Source: Leucoraja ocellata
Lineage: Eukaryota
NCBI GenBank assembly: GCA_036785375.1
Contig: JAWMAR010000008.1
Location: 9,486,001 to 9,550,000 of the forward strand
Direction of reading: 5' to 3'
Length of the DNA: 64,000 nucleotides
Below are positions 34,493 through 47,333 of this stretch, in pieces. Below the pieces are notes generated by a model, which did not search any database, was not told the DNA's origin, and saw nothing but the letters and a program-made list of their open reading frames with translations. The translations under genes and the position numbers were made by a program. Each line of letters begins with the position of its first letter. The stretch's first letter is position 1.

Positions 34493-35944
34493 CCATGCAA
34501 ATGGCGCTAAAATTGTTCTGCTAACACCTATACTCAAATACCATCTCTTCCTCACACATCCCCACACCCAGAGACAGGCACACAGAAACGCAAATCCACC
34601 TCCAACCTTCTGCCCACCTCAATCAATCACCACATACACACCCCTGGGTTATGACTGACTTTCATTCTTGAAAACTGACTGTAACCAAAACCACCCGGCA
34701 ATTTATTTAAATAAAAACCATAGGGCAACCAAGGACCAGTCCTAATGCAGTAATGCAGTGCAACCCTGTAACATATCTCTTTCTGTAGTTAAACTAGGGC
34801 ATTTAGCTCAACTATTCAGGTATGGCTGCAGACAGGTGCCCACCTGGCAGGAGATGTCTACAACCCCGTAACAGCCAGCTAATCCACCCCTCTAGTCGTC
34901 CGAACGTTTGCTTGCATGCAGAGGCTGTATGTAAGTCGGGCGTAGGCAACCTGGGGAGGACCTTCACACAAATCCATAAATAACTCGTGAGGTTGGAATT
35001 GTAGTTGTTGCTCATCGTACAAAATACCCTATTTTTCTCTGAGGTCGAGGATGTCAAAAATCCGAGGCTAGTCCAACTGACAAGGGGGAACCCTCTCTTG
35101 TGCTCAGGGCCAACCAGACCAGGCTGGAGGATAACAGATTTGCAGCGGGTGATCCCCAAGATAATGGTGCCACTGAATTATTAATCTCTGCAGTGTGCAA
35201 GTAACTTGCAGACTTTCATCATCCCTCGGCCCCTTATTAAAATGACTGTTCTGTCTAAAAGAATCAGAATATCTGCTGACTGCTTTTTGCCAAAGGGCAA
35301 TGAAAGCAGCAATATTATTCCATTGCTTGCCTACTTCGTACTGCAGTGTCTCGGCAGAGAAACCCATCCCCCACCCCAACGACAAACACAAGGGCATGGA
35401 GAAGACAGGGGGACAGAAGCAGCGGGAGTCTCTGAGGCCACTACAATGGACCGGACGAACAATGACCTGTATCATGGTGCTTTAGACCAGTAATTTAGAT
35501 ACCAACAGCATAAGAGCAGAAGGCAACAAGTTAGGGATGTCAGGGGTTATGAGGAGAAGGCAGGAGAATGGGGTTAAGAGGGAAAGATTATTGAATGGCG
35601 GAGTAGACTTGATGGACTAAATGGCCTAATTCTGCTCCTATCATTTATGAAATTATGTTAAAGGAGTGCACTGCATTTGGACTGGCAGCCACACTAATCA
35701 GCTCCAGAGGGGGAAAAAATATAAGGTGCTGGCTTGCTGGATGGAAGATCCCTGGGGAAATCAGATAGAAAACCCTGTTAGGGAAGCTTTCAGGAGAATG
35801 CTCGTGTGCTGCACAATAAAATGCTGGGCATGTTGCCTGACCTGTCAAACGGACTGCACTAGATATCTGCGAGCATGTCAGTCTGTATCCACATATGTGG
35901 GACCAAGAGTGCATCACACTGAAGGTTGTTCATGTTTTGGCGCT

Positions 35945-36395
35945 CATAAGTCATAAGTGACAGGAGTAGAATTAGGCCATTCGGCTCATCAAGTCTACTC
36001 CGCCATTCAATCATAGCTGATCTCTCTCTCCCTCCTTACTCCATTCTCCTGCCTTCTCCCCACAACCTCTGACACCTATACTAATCATAAAACCTTCAAT
36101 CTATCTATCTATCTCTGCCTTAAAAATATCACCTGACTTGGTCACCACAGCCTTGTGTGGCAAAGAACTCCACAGATTCACCACCCTCTGACTAAAGACA
36201 TTTCTCCGCATCTCCTTCCTAAAAGAACGTCCTTTAATTCTGTGGCTATAACCCCTAGTCCTAGACTCTCCCACTAGTGGAAATATCCTCTCCACATCCA
36301 CTCTATCCAAGCCTTTCACTATTCTGCATGTTTCAATGAGGTCCCCTCTCATTCTTCTAAACTCCAGCCAGTACAGGCTCAATTCCGACAATCAT
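35945..36395 (-). mobile_element. CR1 3' fragment
   Basis: LYWLEFRRMRGDLIETCRIVKGLDRVD...SRTRG...SQRVVNLWSSLP. Confidence 0.9.
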
Positions 36396-39300
36396 AGGTT
36401 ACCCTACTCATTCCTGGTGCTAGTCTATATGAATTCCACACTGCAGCAACTGATTGATCAGGTCTGAGCTTCCATGGAGGCAGGGACTGAATCCGTTCAG
36501 TCTTCTCTCTCTCTCTCTCTCTCTCTGGAGGCACATGTTGAACCCATCAGCTTTGCTGATTGTCATTGGGAGCATATTGCTGTCAAGAGATCAAAGCGAT
36601 GCTGCCCATGGGCAGATTGCTCATCTCCAGGAATAGAAAGACGCTTCTGGAGAGCAGATTGATCTCATTAAGGAGCAGATTGTCCCTGATTGTTCACTAT
36701 TGTTCACTGAGGGTTGACTCCCAAGAGTTTAATCCACCGAGAATGGAGAGGGGCTTTGTGTGATTTGGTTGTCAGGTTTGACAGAAGGCTCTGGACTTTA
36801 AAGGCAATCGTGAGACGTGTGTCAAAGCAGATTCAGACCACGTTTTGTCTGTCTGGTTTGCAATAGAGGCAGTGACATTGGAAAGTATGAAACTGTTATT
36901 CTCCCTCAGGACGTCCGCATTCTCCCCCCCCCCCCCCCCCCGCCCACCCCCCCGCAATAGCTCTCAGGCTGTGCCTTCACCAGTGTTTCTGCAGCCAGCT
37001 CTTCCAGACTGCAGATAATCATGGCGGGTTACACAGCCAAAAGTCAATCCTTTCAGGGCAACTATTGGTTATACCAGTGAAATGATGCATCGTTCAAGTA
37101 ATCTGGAGGCAGCTATTATTGGGCCAGAGAGACGTGGAGGTAGATAAGTTAAATCTACATGGTAGCCACATATGATAGCGTGTTATAGGACAGTAAACAC
37201 GATGGTTCATCTAAAACCTGCCTATTAATTGCATGAGCATTGATAAATAACTATATGAACATTATAGGAACCTCAGCTTTCTACTATCTTAGTGTAGGCT
37301 ACCAAGCAATAATGTCCAAAGGGACAAGTAGCTTGCAATGCTTGTTTCTGCCCAGCTACAGTTATTTCATTGGAAGACAAGATTTAATGGGGAGAAAACG
37401 TGATGCCCTTGCCCCTGTGGTGGATGGCTCGCTCATACTCTTCTTGCTGCAATGGTTGTGCCTTCCTGACGTCTTTTTCTCTGGATAAACAGTAACAAGT
37501 GGAGATTTGCCACTGGTTTGTATGTGCCGTCTCCATCAGTAATGGCCTTGTTTTCTTCCTCTCATATAGATTTCCACATCTCTGTATCAGGGTCAGAGAT
37601 GCTGCCTAACCCAAAGCAAATTCTAAATGAAAGAAACATTTTAAATGACCTCCAGCGATCTTGAATTTAAATGTATTTGATCTCACTTGAGTATTCAATT
37701 TTGATAACCCTGCATTAAAAATCTGACCCATGTCCCTATATGGATAGGGTTGGCTTAATTCAAAATAATAGTTCAAGAGAACTCACAGGACATCTTATTG
37801 GCAATTACTTACCTGGTGATAATCATTCCACATATATATATTTCAACGCTGCTGCTTCCATGAATCTTTTAAATATCACCTTTCATTGAATCCTTAATGG
37901 AAGAAAGTGATTGTTATGAGCAATTGCTTGTTCTCTGTGGAAGTGTGGCCACAATCACAGGTGCAATGGATGAGGCTGATGTGCTGCAGTATACTTTTAT
38001 TTGGAGGAGGCAACAAAAATGGCCCCCTTTTAACATTAATCAATTGTGATGGTCCTAGAGCAAAAAAAACGTACATAGCTTAATAAGCATCCTCTAGAGA
38101 TGCTGTCTGACCTGCTGAGTTACTCTAGCACTTTGTGTCGTAAGCATAAGTTGAGTGCACTTCAAGTTCTTCCCTTGCACAAATTGTAGGTAGGCTTCCT
38201 CGGGAATGCAGTGTTTCAGTGTCCCCTGGTTTAGTGCAGACAACTGAATTACATCAGAGGAATCCAATGGCAGTCAGTAGTACTTGGAATGATATTATGA
38301 GCATGTCACTGACTATGGAAATGCACCACTTACACATGCACGACTCCCACTGAGTAATGCAAGGTCAGGGTGACCTGGAAACAACTGTTATTGCAGTTTA
38401 CTTTTGAAAGCTCTTAATTTCAAGCAAATTGCTCTGAAATAAACAGTACTGTGTGATCTAATGTTTAGTTTGTCAGACTTGATCTGTGATTTTTTTCCCC
38501 ACAAAAATATTCAATTTGGTTTAGCAGAATAAAAAGCAATTCATCAGGATGCCAACCAACACAAACAGAATTCACATTCACATTCCTCTCCACCACCTTC
38601 CTTTGCTTAAGTTCCTGTTCCATCCACTTGCACAGCATGGAGTAATTTTTGACTGCATTATCAGTTCTAATCTTCTGTAACTATTACTTAACTTTAATTA
38701 CATACTTTCAATCATTTCCTTTAAATCCCGCTCAAGAATGAAAAGTGCTGAATTGGTGCACATTTTAAAGATCAAGCTGCAGCTTAAAACTAATTCCCCT
38801 CATAAATTCTGAGTTAACTGCAAACTGATTTACAAATAGCATTGTCACCTATTTGCTTATTTGTGAAATATATTAAAAAAAATATGCACAATGTCGAAAA
38901 TTATTTCAGGTGTATTTATCATCAACTGTTTCTCATGTTAATGTTTACCCTGCTGCCAACATCAAACATCCGCCTAACTGAGTAAATCAGGCTGGAGATT
39001 AGAGGCAGGCATTTTAATGCCCCACCACAACCAATACAAATTCAAAGCAACCTGGTCTCAGATGTCCTCCACTAGATTAATTCTTTACACAACCCATTCG
39101 AGTGAATGCTTTCAGGAAATAACAGCGGCTAAAGGAAACTATTATATACATTTTTTATATACAGTGCACTTACTCCAAAACATTAAGTTGTTATGCTATC
39201 AAAATTGGAAATCTATACTTCAGTGGGTCAGAATTGAAACATCCTTTGGAACTAAATAAATAAATTGTGGTGGGAAGCACTAACTAAATTTGCCAATGTT

Positions 39301-39480
39301 TCGCAATAAGAATTTGTTCATGGATCAACTTAGCTACAAAAAATGTGTTTTCGAAAATCAATTTACTCTTCCAGTTTTCCTGTAACTAATGCTCAAAACT
39401 GAGTTTGGTTACATCATTTACCCTCAAGCTACTTCACCATACCATGATGTTCTTGCCATCAAGGAGAGTTGCTGCCTTAA

Positions 39481-39528
39481 AGCCCCTGTCCCACTTAGGA
39501 GACCTAAACAGCAACCTCTGGTGACCTT
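39481..39528. mobile_element. Orphan Harbinger-like MITE end
   Basis: TAA|AGCCCCTGTCCCACTT, the same terminus as 46168 and 32328. No partner end seen. Confidence 0.6.
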
Positions 39529-40108
39529 GGAAATCCGTTGGAAATGGATTTATTACAAATATTAAACTTCACAATGAATCAAAAATGCCCCCTGAGATTT
39601 GAAATAAATTAAACATCATTAACCTGTTTACTAGTTGACATAAACGTTCAGTTTCTTGGCAAATTAAGAATGTGTTTGATATTTGAAAGCTTTCAGAATG
39701 TGCTCTTTAGTCTGCTTGTACCTTATAGAGATTTAATGATAAGAACATTCTTGAAGAGCAACTTTCCATCATAAGGTCAGAAATGGGGATATTTTTTGAT
39801 GTTAACAATTTCCATTTGCAGTACCACGGATACCGAGTAACTCATGCAGCAATGCTTAGACGATGAAAGACAAGTAATAATCATTGTAAATAAACAGAAT
39901 GCTGGAAGAACTCAGCAGGGCAAATAACATCTGCAGAGGCAATAGGTGTAAATCAACATTTTGAGTCAGCACCCTCTTTGGCCTATCGAATCCACACCGA
40001 CCAACGATTCCTGCACATTCAGATTCCCCCATCCGTAGTCTCTTTTGTCTTTTAACAATTGTGCCATCTAAGTGCCAAGAATTGTTAACTCGCCATCAAG
40101 AAAATGTA

Positions 40109-40261
40109 GATAGACACAAAAAGCTGGAGTAACTCAGTGGGACAGGCAGCATTTCTGGAGAGAAGGAATGGATGACGTTTCAGGGTCACGGTCAAAGTCT
40201 GAAGAATGGACTTTTTGTGTCGATCTTCGGTTTAAACCAGCATCTGCAGTTCCTTCCTACA
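40109..40261. mobile_element. Penelope-derived inverted mini-element, 15-bp TSD
   Basis: catcaagaaaatgta at 40094-40108 and 40262-40276. Confidence 0.85.
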
Positions 40262-40419
40262 CATCAAGAAAATGTATTGACCTCTCTATGACATTCAACG
40301 GAATTAATATCCTGGGGTCAAACTGATCAAAGACATAATACTTTAGCTGCAAGAGTGGGTCAGAGCTCCACTATCCAGCAGTAATGGCACACATCATGAC
40401 ATTCCAAAGTGGTTCCACA

Positions 40420-40737
40420 AGTTTAGCTTAGTTTAGAGATACAGTATGGAAACAGGCTCTTTGGCCTATCGAATCCACACCGACCAACAATTCCTGCACG
40501 TTAACATTATCCTACACACACTAGGGACAATGTATACTTATGCCAAGCCAATTTCCCTACATTCCTGTACTTCTTTGGAGCGTGGGAGGAAAACGAAGAT
40601 CTCGAAGAAAACTCACGCGGTCACAGGGAGAATGTACAAACTCCGTACAGAGACTATTCGTTGGGATCGAACCTGGGTCTCCGGTGCTGCAAGTGCTGTA
40701 AGGCAACAACCCTACTGCTGCGCCACCGTGCCGCCCA
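40420..40737 (-). mobile_element. HE1 V-SINE, full length
   Basis: Tail at 40420; head ccaccgtgccgccc at ~40724-40737. Confidence 0.9.
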
Positions 40738-41947
40738 ATAATGAGGATGATGCAATGTACTAATCCATTTATCAGGAAGAGTGCAACCCGAGAACCTCAA
40801 CACAAACCAGGAAAAAGTAAGTAACTCGAGTGGCACCCCATCCACCATAGTAAACGTTCATTCCATTCCATACTGAAGCACAACATTGTAGAGTTTGTAC
40901 CACTTACAAAATTGCATTGTTGCAATTTCATGGACTTTTTGTTAGCATCTATCAAACCCGTGGCCTTTACCAAGAAGGAAATGAACTCCAGGCACATTAT
41001 AAAGCTTCCACCTGGAAGCTTCTACCTTCCACCTAATGACTTAGCATGCACTGGAAATTACGTGATATTTACTGCTAATATGCCACTTCCAGTTGAATTA
41101 CACCAGAAAGCCAAAAAAACTAGCATACCCTTGTGGTTCTATTAACAAATTACTCAGACAGATCTGCACCTGTGATCAGTGTCACTTGATCAGCATCCGA
41201 TTCAGGTGATCAGCATCTGCAAGCTGAATCTTGTGATTAAAGGCAGCAAGAGTTACAGTTCCTTTGTCGGCTCATAGAAAAAAAATCTCTCCTGAGCTAT
41301 TTTGGAAGCGGGGGCATTTTAATGTGCAATAAAAAGCTTAAAAGCAGCGTAAAGTGAATAGTTTCGAACAGGCCATTTTTCTTCCATTAATATCATTTTT
41401 CAAGACAGATGTATCAAATCACTAGCCAGACACTGAACAATAATTTTAAAGGCAAATCCTGATGGATACCGCCGTACGTTCACTTGGAAAGTGGATTTAA
41501 CTTATGACTGATTAATGAAAAAAACAGCAAAAGTGCCTTCAGCTATTCTGAGGAAAGAATATAAATCTGGAGCTGTGAGAAAGGGAAATGTGGTCTAGGA
41601 GGTAACCAAATGTACAAATTAGAGGAAGTTCATGGGTGCTACTGTGGCTCAGCCAAGCATCCAAAGGGCATTTTGAGTTCTATTCTCTTGTGTATTCTCG
41701 TAACACATCACTTTACTTTGTCAAATTCCACAAACTTTCAAATGGTACCAGAACCTATCCATCCCAAACCCTAAATATTTTCCTTCAATATTCCCTGACA
41801 TTTTCCCCATATTCCAGAATCTATTCCTAAATCAGAGACTGTTAATATTATCCTACCATTTTTGTTTATTATGGCTCATTATCACCTTGCCTTCTCCTTA
41901 ATATATATTTAATATATAACATATATATACATATAATTAATAAAGCT

Positions 41948-42197
41948 TGAGGTGAGAAAAAACTTTTTCACCCAGAGAGTTGTGAATTTATGGAATTCCC
42001 TGCCACAGAGGGCAGTGGAGGCCAAATCACTGGATGGATTTAAGAGAGAGTTAGATAGAGCTCTAGGGGCTAGTGGAGTCAAAGGATATAGGGAGAAGGC
42101 AGGCACGGGTTATTGATAGGGGATCACAATAAATGGTGGTGCTAGCTCGAAGGGTCGAATGGCCTCCTCCTGCACCTATTTTCTATGTTTCTATGTT
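41948..42197 (+). mobile_element. CR1 3' end (young subfamily)
   Basis: tttttcacccagagagttgtgaatttatggaattccctgccacagagggc; nearly identical to 42553-42917 and 56003-56362. Confidence 0.9.
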
Positions 42198-42552
42198 AAC
42201 TTGGAATATTTTAGCAAGGGTCTGGTAGACATCAATACTCTCATACTCTGAATTCCCTTCCATAGGCTCCCAACTATTAGACCTTGCCATTATTTGGCCA
42301 CACAAAGATCCCGGTACAAGTATCTGACTCTCATCATTATTAAACATGTTACTCACTGTGAAATACACCACAGAACATCAGCTTGCATTAAATAACATTT
42401 GCACAACAGTAAATAAGAGGGAATGTTTTCGTTTCCTGATTTGTTAAGTATACTTTGCATTTGCTTAGATTTTGGGTAAGCTTGGCTATGGAGTATAGGT
42501 ACTACAGGATGAACAGCTTGATTTTAGCGCTCTCGGCAAGCTCCGCACATGT

Positions 42553-42917
42553 TATAGATCTTATAGAAACATATAAAATTATAAAAGGACTGGACAAGCT
42601 AGATGCAGGAAAAATGTTCCCAATGTTGGGTGTGTCCAGAACCAGGGGCCACAGTCTTATGATAAAGGGGAGGCCATTTAAGACTGAGGTGAGAAAAAAC
42701 ATTTTTTGTGGAATTCCCTGCCACAGAGGGCGGTGGAGGCCAAATCACTGGATGGATTTAAGAGAGAGTTAGATAGAGCTCTAGGGGCTAGTGGAATCAA
42801 GGGGTATGGGGAGAAGGCAGGCACGGGTTATTCATTGGGGACGATCAGCCATGAATGGCAGTGCTGGCTCGAAGGGCCGAATGGCCTCCTCATGCACCTA
42901 TTTTCTATGTTTCTATG
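42553..42917 (+). mobile_element. CR1 3' end (young subfamily)
   Basis: DLIETYKIIKGLDKLDAGKMFPMLG.SRTRGHSL. Confidence 0.9.
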
Positions 42918-42949
42918 TGGGAGGTTTGTTAGAGCCAAGATGTGACATT

Positions 42950-43135
42950 GCAACAGGAAAGATTGAGCAAAGTGGTGGAGCAAGGACGTATCCTTGTTTG
43001 ACACCAATCGTCATTGAGCATGGACCTGCTGTTGGTTAATACCGTGGCTTGTGTGTTGTTGTGGAGCAAGCAGAAGATGGAGGTCAATTTCTGTCAACAG
43101 CCTTATTTCAGAGAGTTCATAGTGGCCCCAAATTG
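42950..43135 (-). mobile_element. RTE-clade LINE RT fragment
   Basis: Minus strand GVKQGYVLAPPLCSIF, equivalent to the RTE motif GVKQGCVLAPTLFSIF. Confidence 0.7.
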
Positions 43136-43138
43136 TGG

Positions 43139-43267
43139 NNNNNNNNNNNNNNNNNNNNNNNNNNNNNNNNNNNNNNNNNNNNNNNNNNNNNNNNNNNNNN
43201 NNNNNNNNNNNNNNNNNNNNNNNNNNNNNNNNNNNNNNNNNNNNNNNNNNNNNNNNNNNNNNNNNNN
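43139..43267. other. Assembly gap (129 N)
   Basis: Run of N. Confidence 1.
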
Positions 43268-44117
43268 CGTGTGAGTGTGAGTGTGCGTGTGCAGGCCCAG
43301 AGCTGCGGAAGAGTCAGGGTGAGTTGGTGCCGGGTCGATACCTCTGTAAAAATACATGATTACCGTCTTTGTCTTTACTTGCTTGATAATTATATTTCAT
43401 GATAATTAGTGAGTGCCGCTGTGCAATATTTTGTCATATTATTAAATTAAGTATTATATGTTTTATTGTACTTATACACTGGGATGTAGTGATAAGCCAT
43501 AATCTTGTTTGACCCTCTTGGGAGACTAGCTTGCCCCCCCCCCCCAATCAAAACCTGAAATGACGCACCTGTTTGACGGCTCCGGCACCTAAAAGATTAG
43601 CACTGCAATGCTGCGTAGCACTATGTCTGTTTTCATGCATAAGCCAGACTGTATAAGGAAAGCAAGACAGACACAAAGTGCTGGAGTAACTCAGCGGGTC
43701 AGACAGGGTGAAGAGAGTGGTGGGAGAAACACTGGGTGGGGATGGTGAGCAGGAGAAAGAGGAGGGTGTAAGGGGCATTTCTCGAAATACTTCTACTGCT
43801 GTAATTTTGCTTTTTAGGCAACGGCAAAATTCTAATAGACAAATTGCCCTCAATATACCTGTGGATTCCATGCCTTGCTCGTTAGCAAAACGAAAACCTA
43901 GAGCAAAAACAACTGAAAATCAGTGCATTTCCCAGGATGGATTAACTGTATGTGTCAGTAGTTACGGATATAAAAAAGAACATTGAAGAACAAGTGACAG
44001 TCATCTTGAAATATGGCCAGAACAAAGTGAATGGTCCAACACATTGGAAAAGGGAAATGGATTTCCCACTTTCAGTTTTGTGCATGGAAATAATAAACCT
44101 ATTTTACTAAGCTCAAT

Positions 44118-44239
44118 GGGGTGAGAGATTGTAACGTTCACGTGGTCCACCCTGTGTCGACTGATGCAACCAACCCAACGTGCACAAACAAATAGCTGTA
44201 GTGTTTTGTAAGGCTATGCACGCCATAGGCAAGAAGAAG
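44118..44239 (+). mobile_element. Short 5'-truncated non-LTR retroelement with (AAG)n tail, 12-bp TSD
   Basis: actaagctcaat at 44106-44117 and 44240-44251; ends gcaagaagaag. Confidence 0.75.
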
Positions 44240-46167
44240 ACTAAGCTCAATATTTAGGCAATGATTGCAATCTTCACCAAAATCTGTACATTTTGGATGG
44301 ATTGATTGTAATCATGTAGAGTCCTTCCGCTGACTGGATAGCACGCAACCAAATAAACACTGTTCACTGTACATCGATATACGTGACAATAAACTAAACT
44401 GAAATCTGCATCACAAAATAGAATAATAAGTAAAGGCCAGCATTTTTTTTTTTGGGGTGGCTATTGTTTGAGTGAACGTTGATATTTCAGAGGAATCATT
44501 ATGCCAAACTGATGGTGGCATGGACCCGTATGACAGATAGTTTTTCAAAGCCTCTTGATAATCTATTTCAAAAGCAAAATATTACTGACGTTGGGAATCT
44601 GCAATAAAAACAAAAAAGCTTGGGAATATGTAGCAGATAAGATTTGATAAAAAAAAATGTTCCAGGTCCATGACGTTTCATCATAAGATATAATAATGAA
44701 ACAAATAAAGTGATAACAATAACGTGCACAAGTTTCCGCGTGTATTTAAGATGGAGACTGTGGATGATAAACGACCACACCACGTGATTGCAGGTAGAAC
44801 AATGGAGTTATTTTTAAAATAACCAGATTGGCCAGCCATTCTCCTAGCGTTTACCCAGCAAATATCAGGAGGTTTAGATTTTGCATAAAAGGCTGCATTT
44901 GGTAGCTGCTTCACTTCCGAGTTCAACAGCGGACTGACTCGTCATGTAGGCCATGGTGGAACACAAACGTGAATTTATTCCACCACAGTTATTCTATAGA
45001 GGTCGGCCACAGCAACAGCAAACCCATTCAATTCAGTGGAGAGGAATGGCTGAGATTTATTGACATGTTATTAAAGATTATCTGATTTGTTAAAACAGCA
45101 TTTGTGCTGTTAATTACCAGCCTTAACTGATTGTGGCAAGTTTAACTTGACATTAATCTGCAAATCTAGTAACTTCTTAAAAATAATGAGGAGACCGAGA
45201 GCGAGATGTTGTTTATAGAAAGTAATCAGTAGAGAGACAGAACACAACCAGTATGATTTACGACTCATGGCATATTTCTTAATCACCTGATCTTGCCAGC
45301 TGATTCGCACGTAAATAATTCTGTGCTTCATTAACACGGCACTTTTTTTCCAGCAAGATCTGAACCAGCGAGTTGACCTTAAGTAAAATCTACCAGTTTA
45401 GCACATTAATTTAGATTGTAATATTAAACAGCAGCTGCCGTTATCGCTCTTCCCAATGATACTTAATACATTATTTAACCGTGGTAGAAATTACACAGAA
45501 CCATCACAAAACAAAAACATCGGTTTCAAATAATACTGATGGCAAAATGACACACAGATAGGGCGATTAAAAATTAATGGTGAATTGCCTCTGGACCTGG
45601 CTACAGAAATGGTTTATGAAGGTACGATAAGTATAAACAGTAACCAATAAGAATTATTTATCTTTTCTTTGTCTGCTCTGACAAAAATAGGTAACCCAGT
45701 TTGCATTGAAGCTATAGCTTCTCAGATCTTTTTTTTAAATTTCTTCACCTCTTAATAAATTGTAATTCTCATCTTCAAACCATGACATTTGGATATAGTG
45801 TGGGTGATACTCCAGTGTCCGACTGATTGAAGTTGAATTGTAAGAGTTTGTATGCTATTAAACACAGACATCCCGTGCTTGTTTAGATGTTAAAAGAGTC
45901 AATGACACAATTCACTGGCAGCTGAGTGAGGTAAGTGACAAAGGCCAGAGGTGAAAAAGGGGGACAAAAGGGTGCCAGATAAGGAACGGAGAGGAGAGGT
46001 GAAATGGAGGGAGGCATATGGGTGGAAAGGGACAGGGGAAGGGAAAAGTAGGGGGGCGAGGGGTAAAAGGGAAATATGGAATTTCAGAATGGGAGATGAG
46101 TGCTGAGGAGGGGAGGGTAGAGTATCAGGGTATCGAGTAATACCCCCAGTATCAAAGTATCAAGTAA

Positions 46168-46671
46168 AGCCCCTGTCCCACTTTCACAACCTAATTGGGG
46201 ACTTCTGCCGAGTTTGCCCTTGACCCATACTCACAGCATGCTCACCACGAGGTTGTAGAAGGTCTTCGTAACTCTTCCTCATGCTCGTGAGTGGTCTCCG
46301 TGTACTCATGGCCTCAAATAGGTAGCGGCGTTTTCTCCAGCCTGATAAAAAATGTCCACGAGTAAAAAAAGAGGTCGGCATGGGAAAATTTGATACTTTT
46401 TACACATAGGTAGGTCGTGGGTAGGTCATAGTAGGTCGTGATGGTAGTCGTAGGTAGTCGTAGGTTGGTAACTGGCCCGAGAAATAAAATGCAAACATGA
46501 TATCATTTTATCATGTGATCATTTCCCACTGGTAGCTAGTCGTAGTTGGTCTTAAGTGTGGAAGATTGAGGTCGAGGGGGGTCGTAGGAGGCTGTGGACA
46601 TAGTCGTAGGAGTTTTTTTACTTCGGCGAGTCTAAACTCGTGGATTAGGTCATCCAAATGGGACAGACCCC
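46168..46671. mobile_element. PIF/Harbinger-like MITE, TAA TSD
   Basis: AGCCCCTGTCCCACTT ... AAATGGGACAGACCCC, with TAA at 46165-67 and 46672-74. Confidence 0.85.
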
Positions 46672-46944
46672 TAATACCCCCAATCCCACCTCTTTCCCCT
46701 GCTCCACCAGCCCAGTGTTTCTCCCACCATCTCAGGTGAGATGGATGGGGTTAGGTGTATTTCTTGAAATTTGGAGACTTTGGTGCACATACAGTTGGGT
46801 TGTAGCTTACAAAAGCAGAATATGAGTTGCTGTTTTTCCAGTTGGCAAGTGGCATAATTTTCCAGTTGGCATCATTTTCATGTAAAAGGTATTGGGGAAT
46901 ATTTTTAACAAAGGGATGTTTACTGGATGTGTTCAAACCATTTT

Positions 46945-47250
46945 AGTTTTGATTAGAGATACAGCATGAAAACTAGTCCTTTGGCCCATCGAGTTCGTGC
47001 TGACTAGTGATCCCCCATATATTAACACTATCCAACACATTAGGGACAATTTATAATTTTTACCAAAGCCAAATAACTTACAAACCTGTACGTCTTTGGA
47101 GTGTGGGAGGAAACCGGAGCGCCCAGAGGAAACCAATGCAGTCATGGGGAGAACATACAAACTCCACACAGGCAGTACCCGTAGTCTGGATCAAACTCGG
47201 GTCTCTGGCATTGTAAGGCATTAACTCTACTGTTGCATCACTGTGCTCCC
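46945..47250 (-). mobile_element. HE1 V-SINE
   Basis: Full body on the minus strand. Confidence 0.9.
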
Positions 47251-47333
47251 CAGTGTTTTCATCAAATACTGAATATAATCAGTGGCAATCTTTGCTACCG
47301 ACAGGCAGGTTGTAAATCTAAAGGTTTGAACGA

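Noticed and set aside
43014-43402. ORFs spanning 43139-43267
   Set aside because: Open only because of the N gap.
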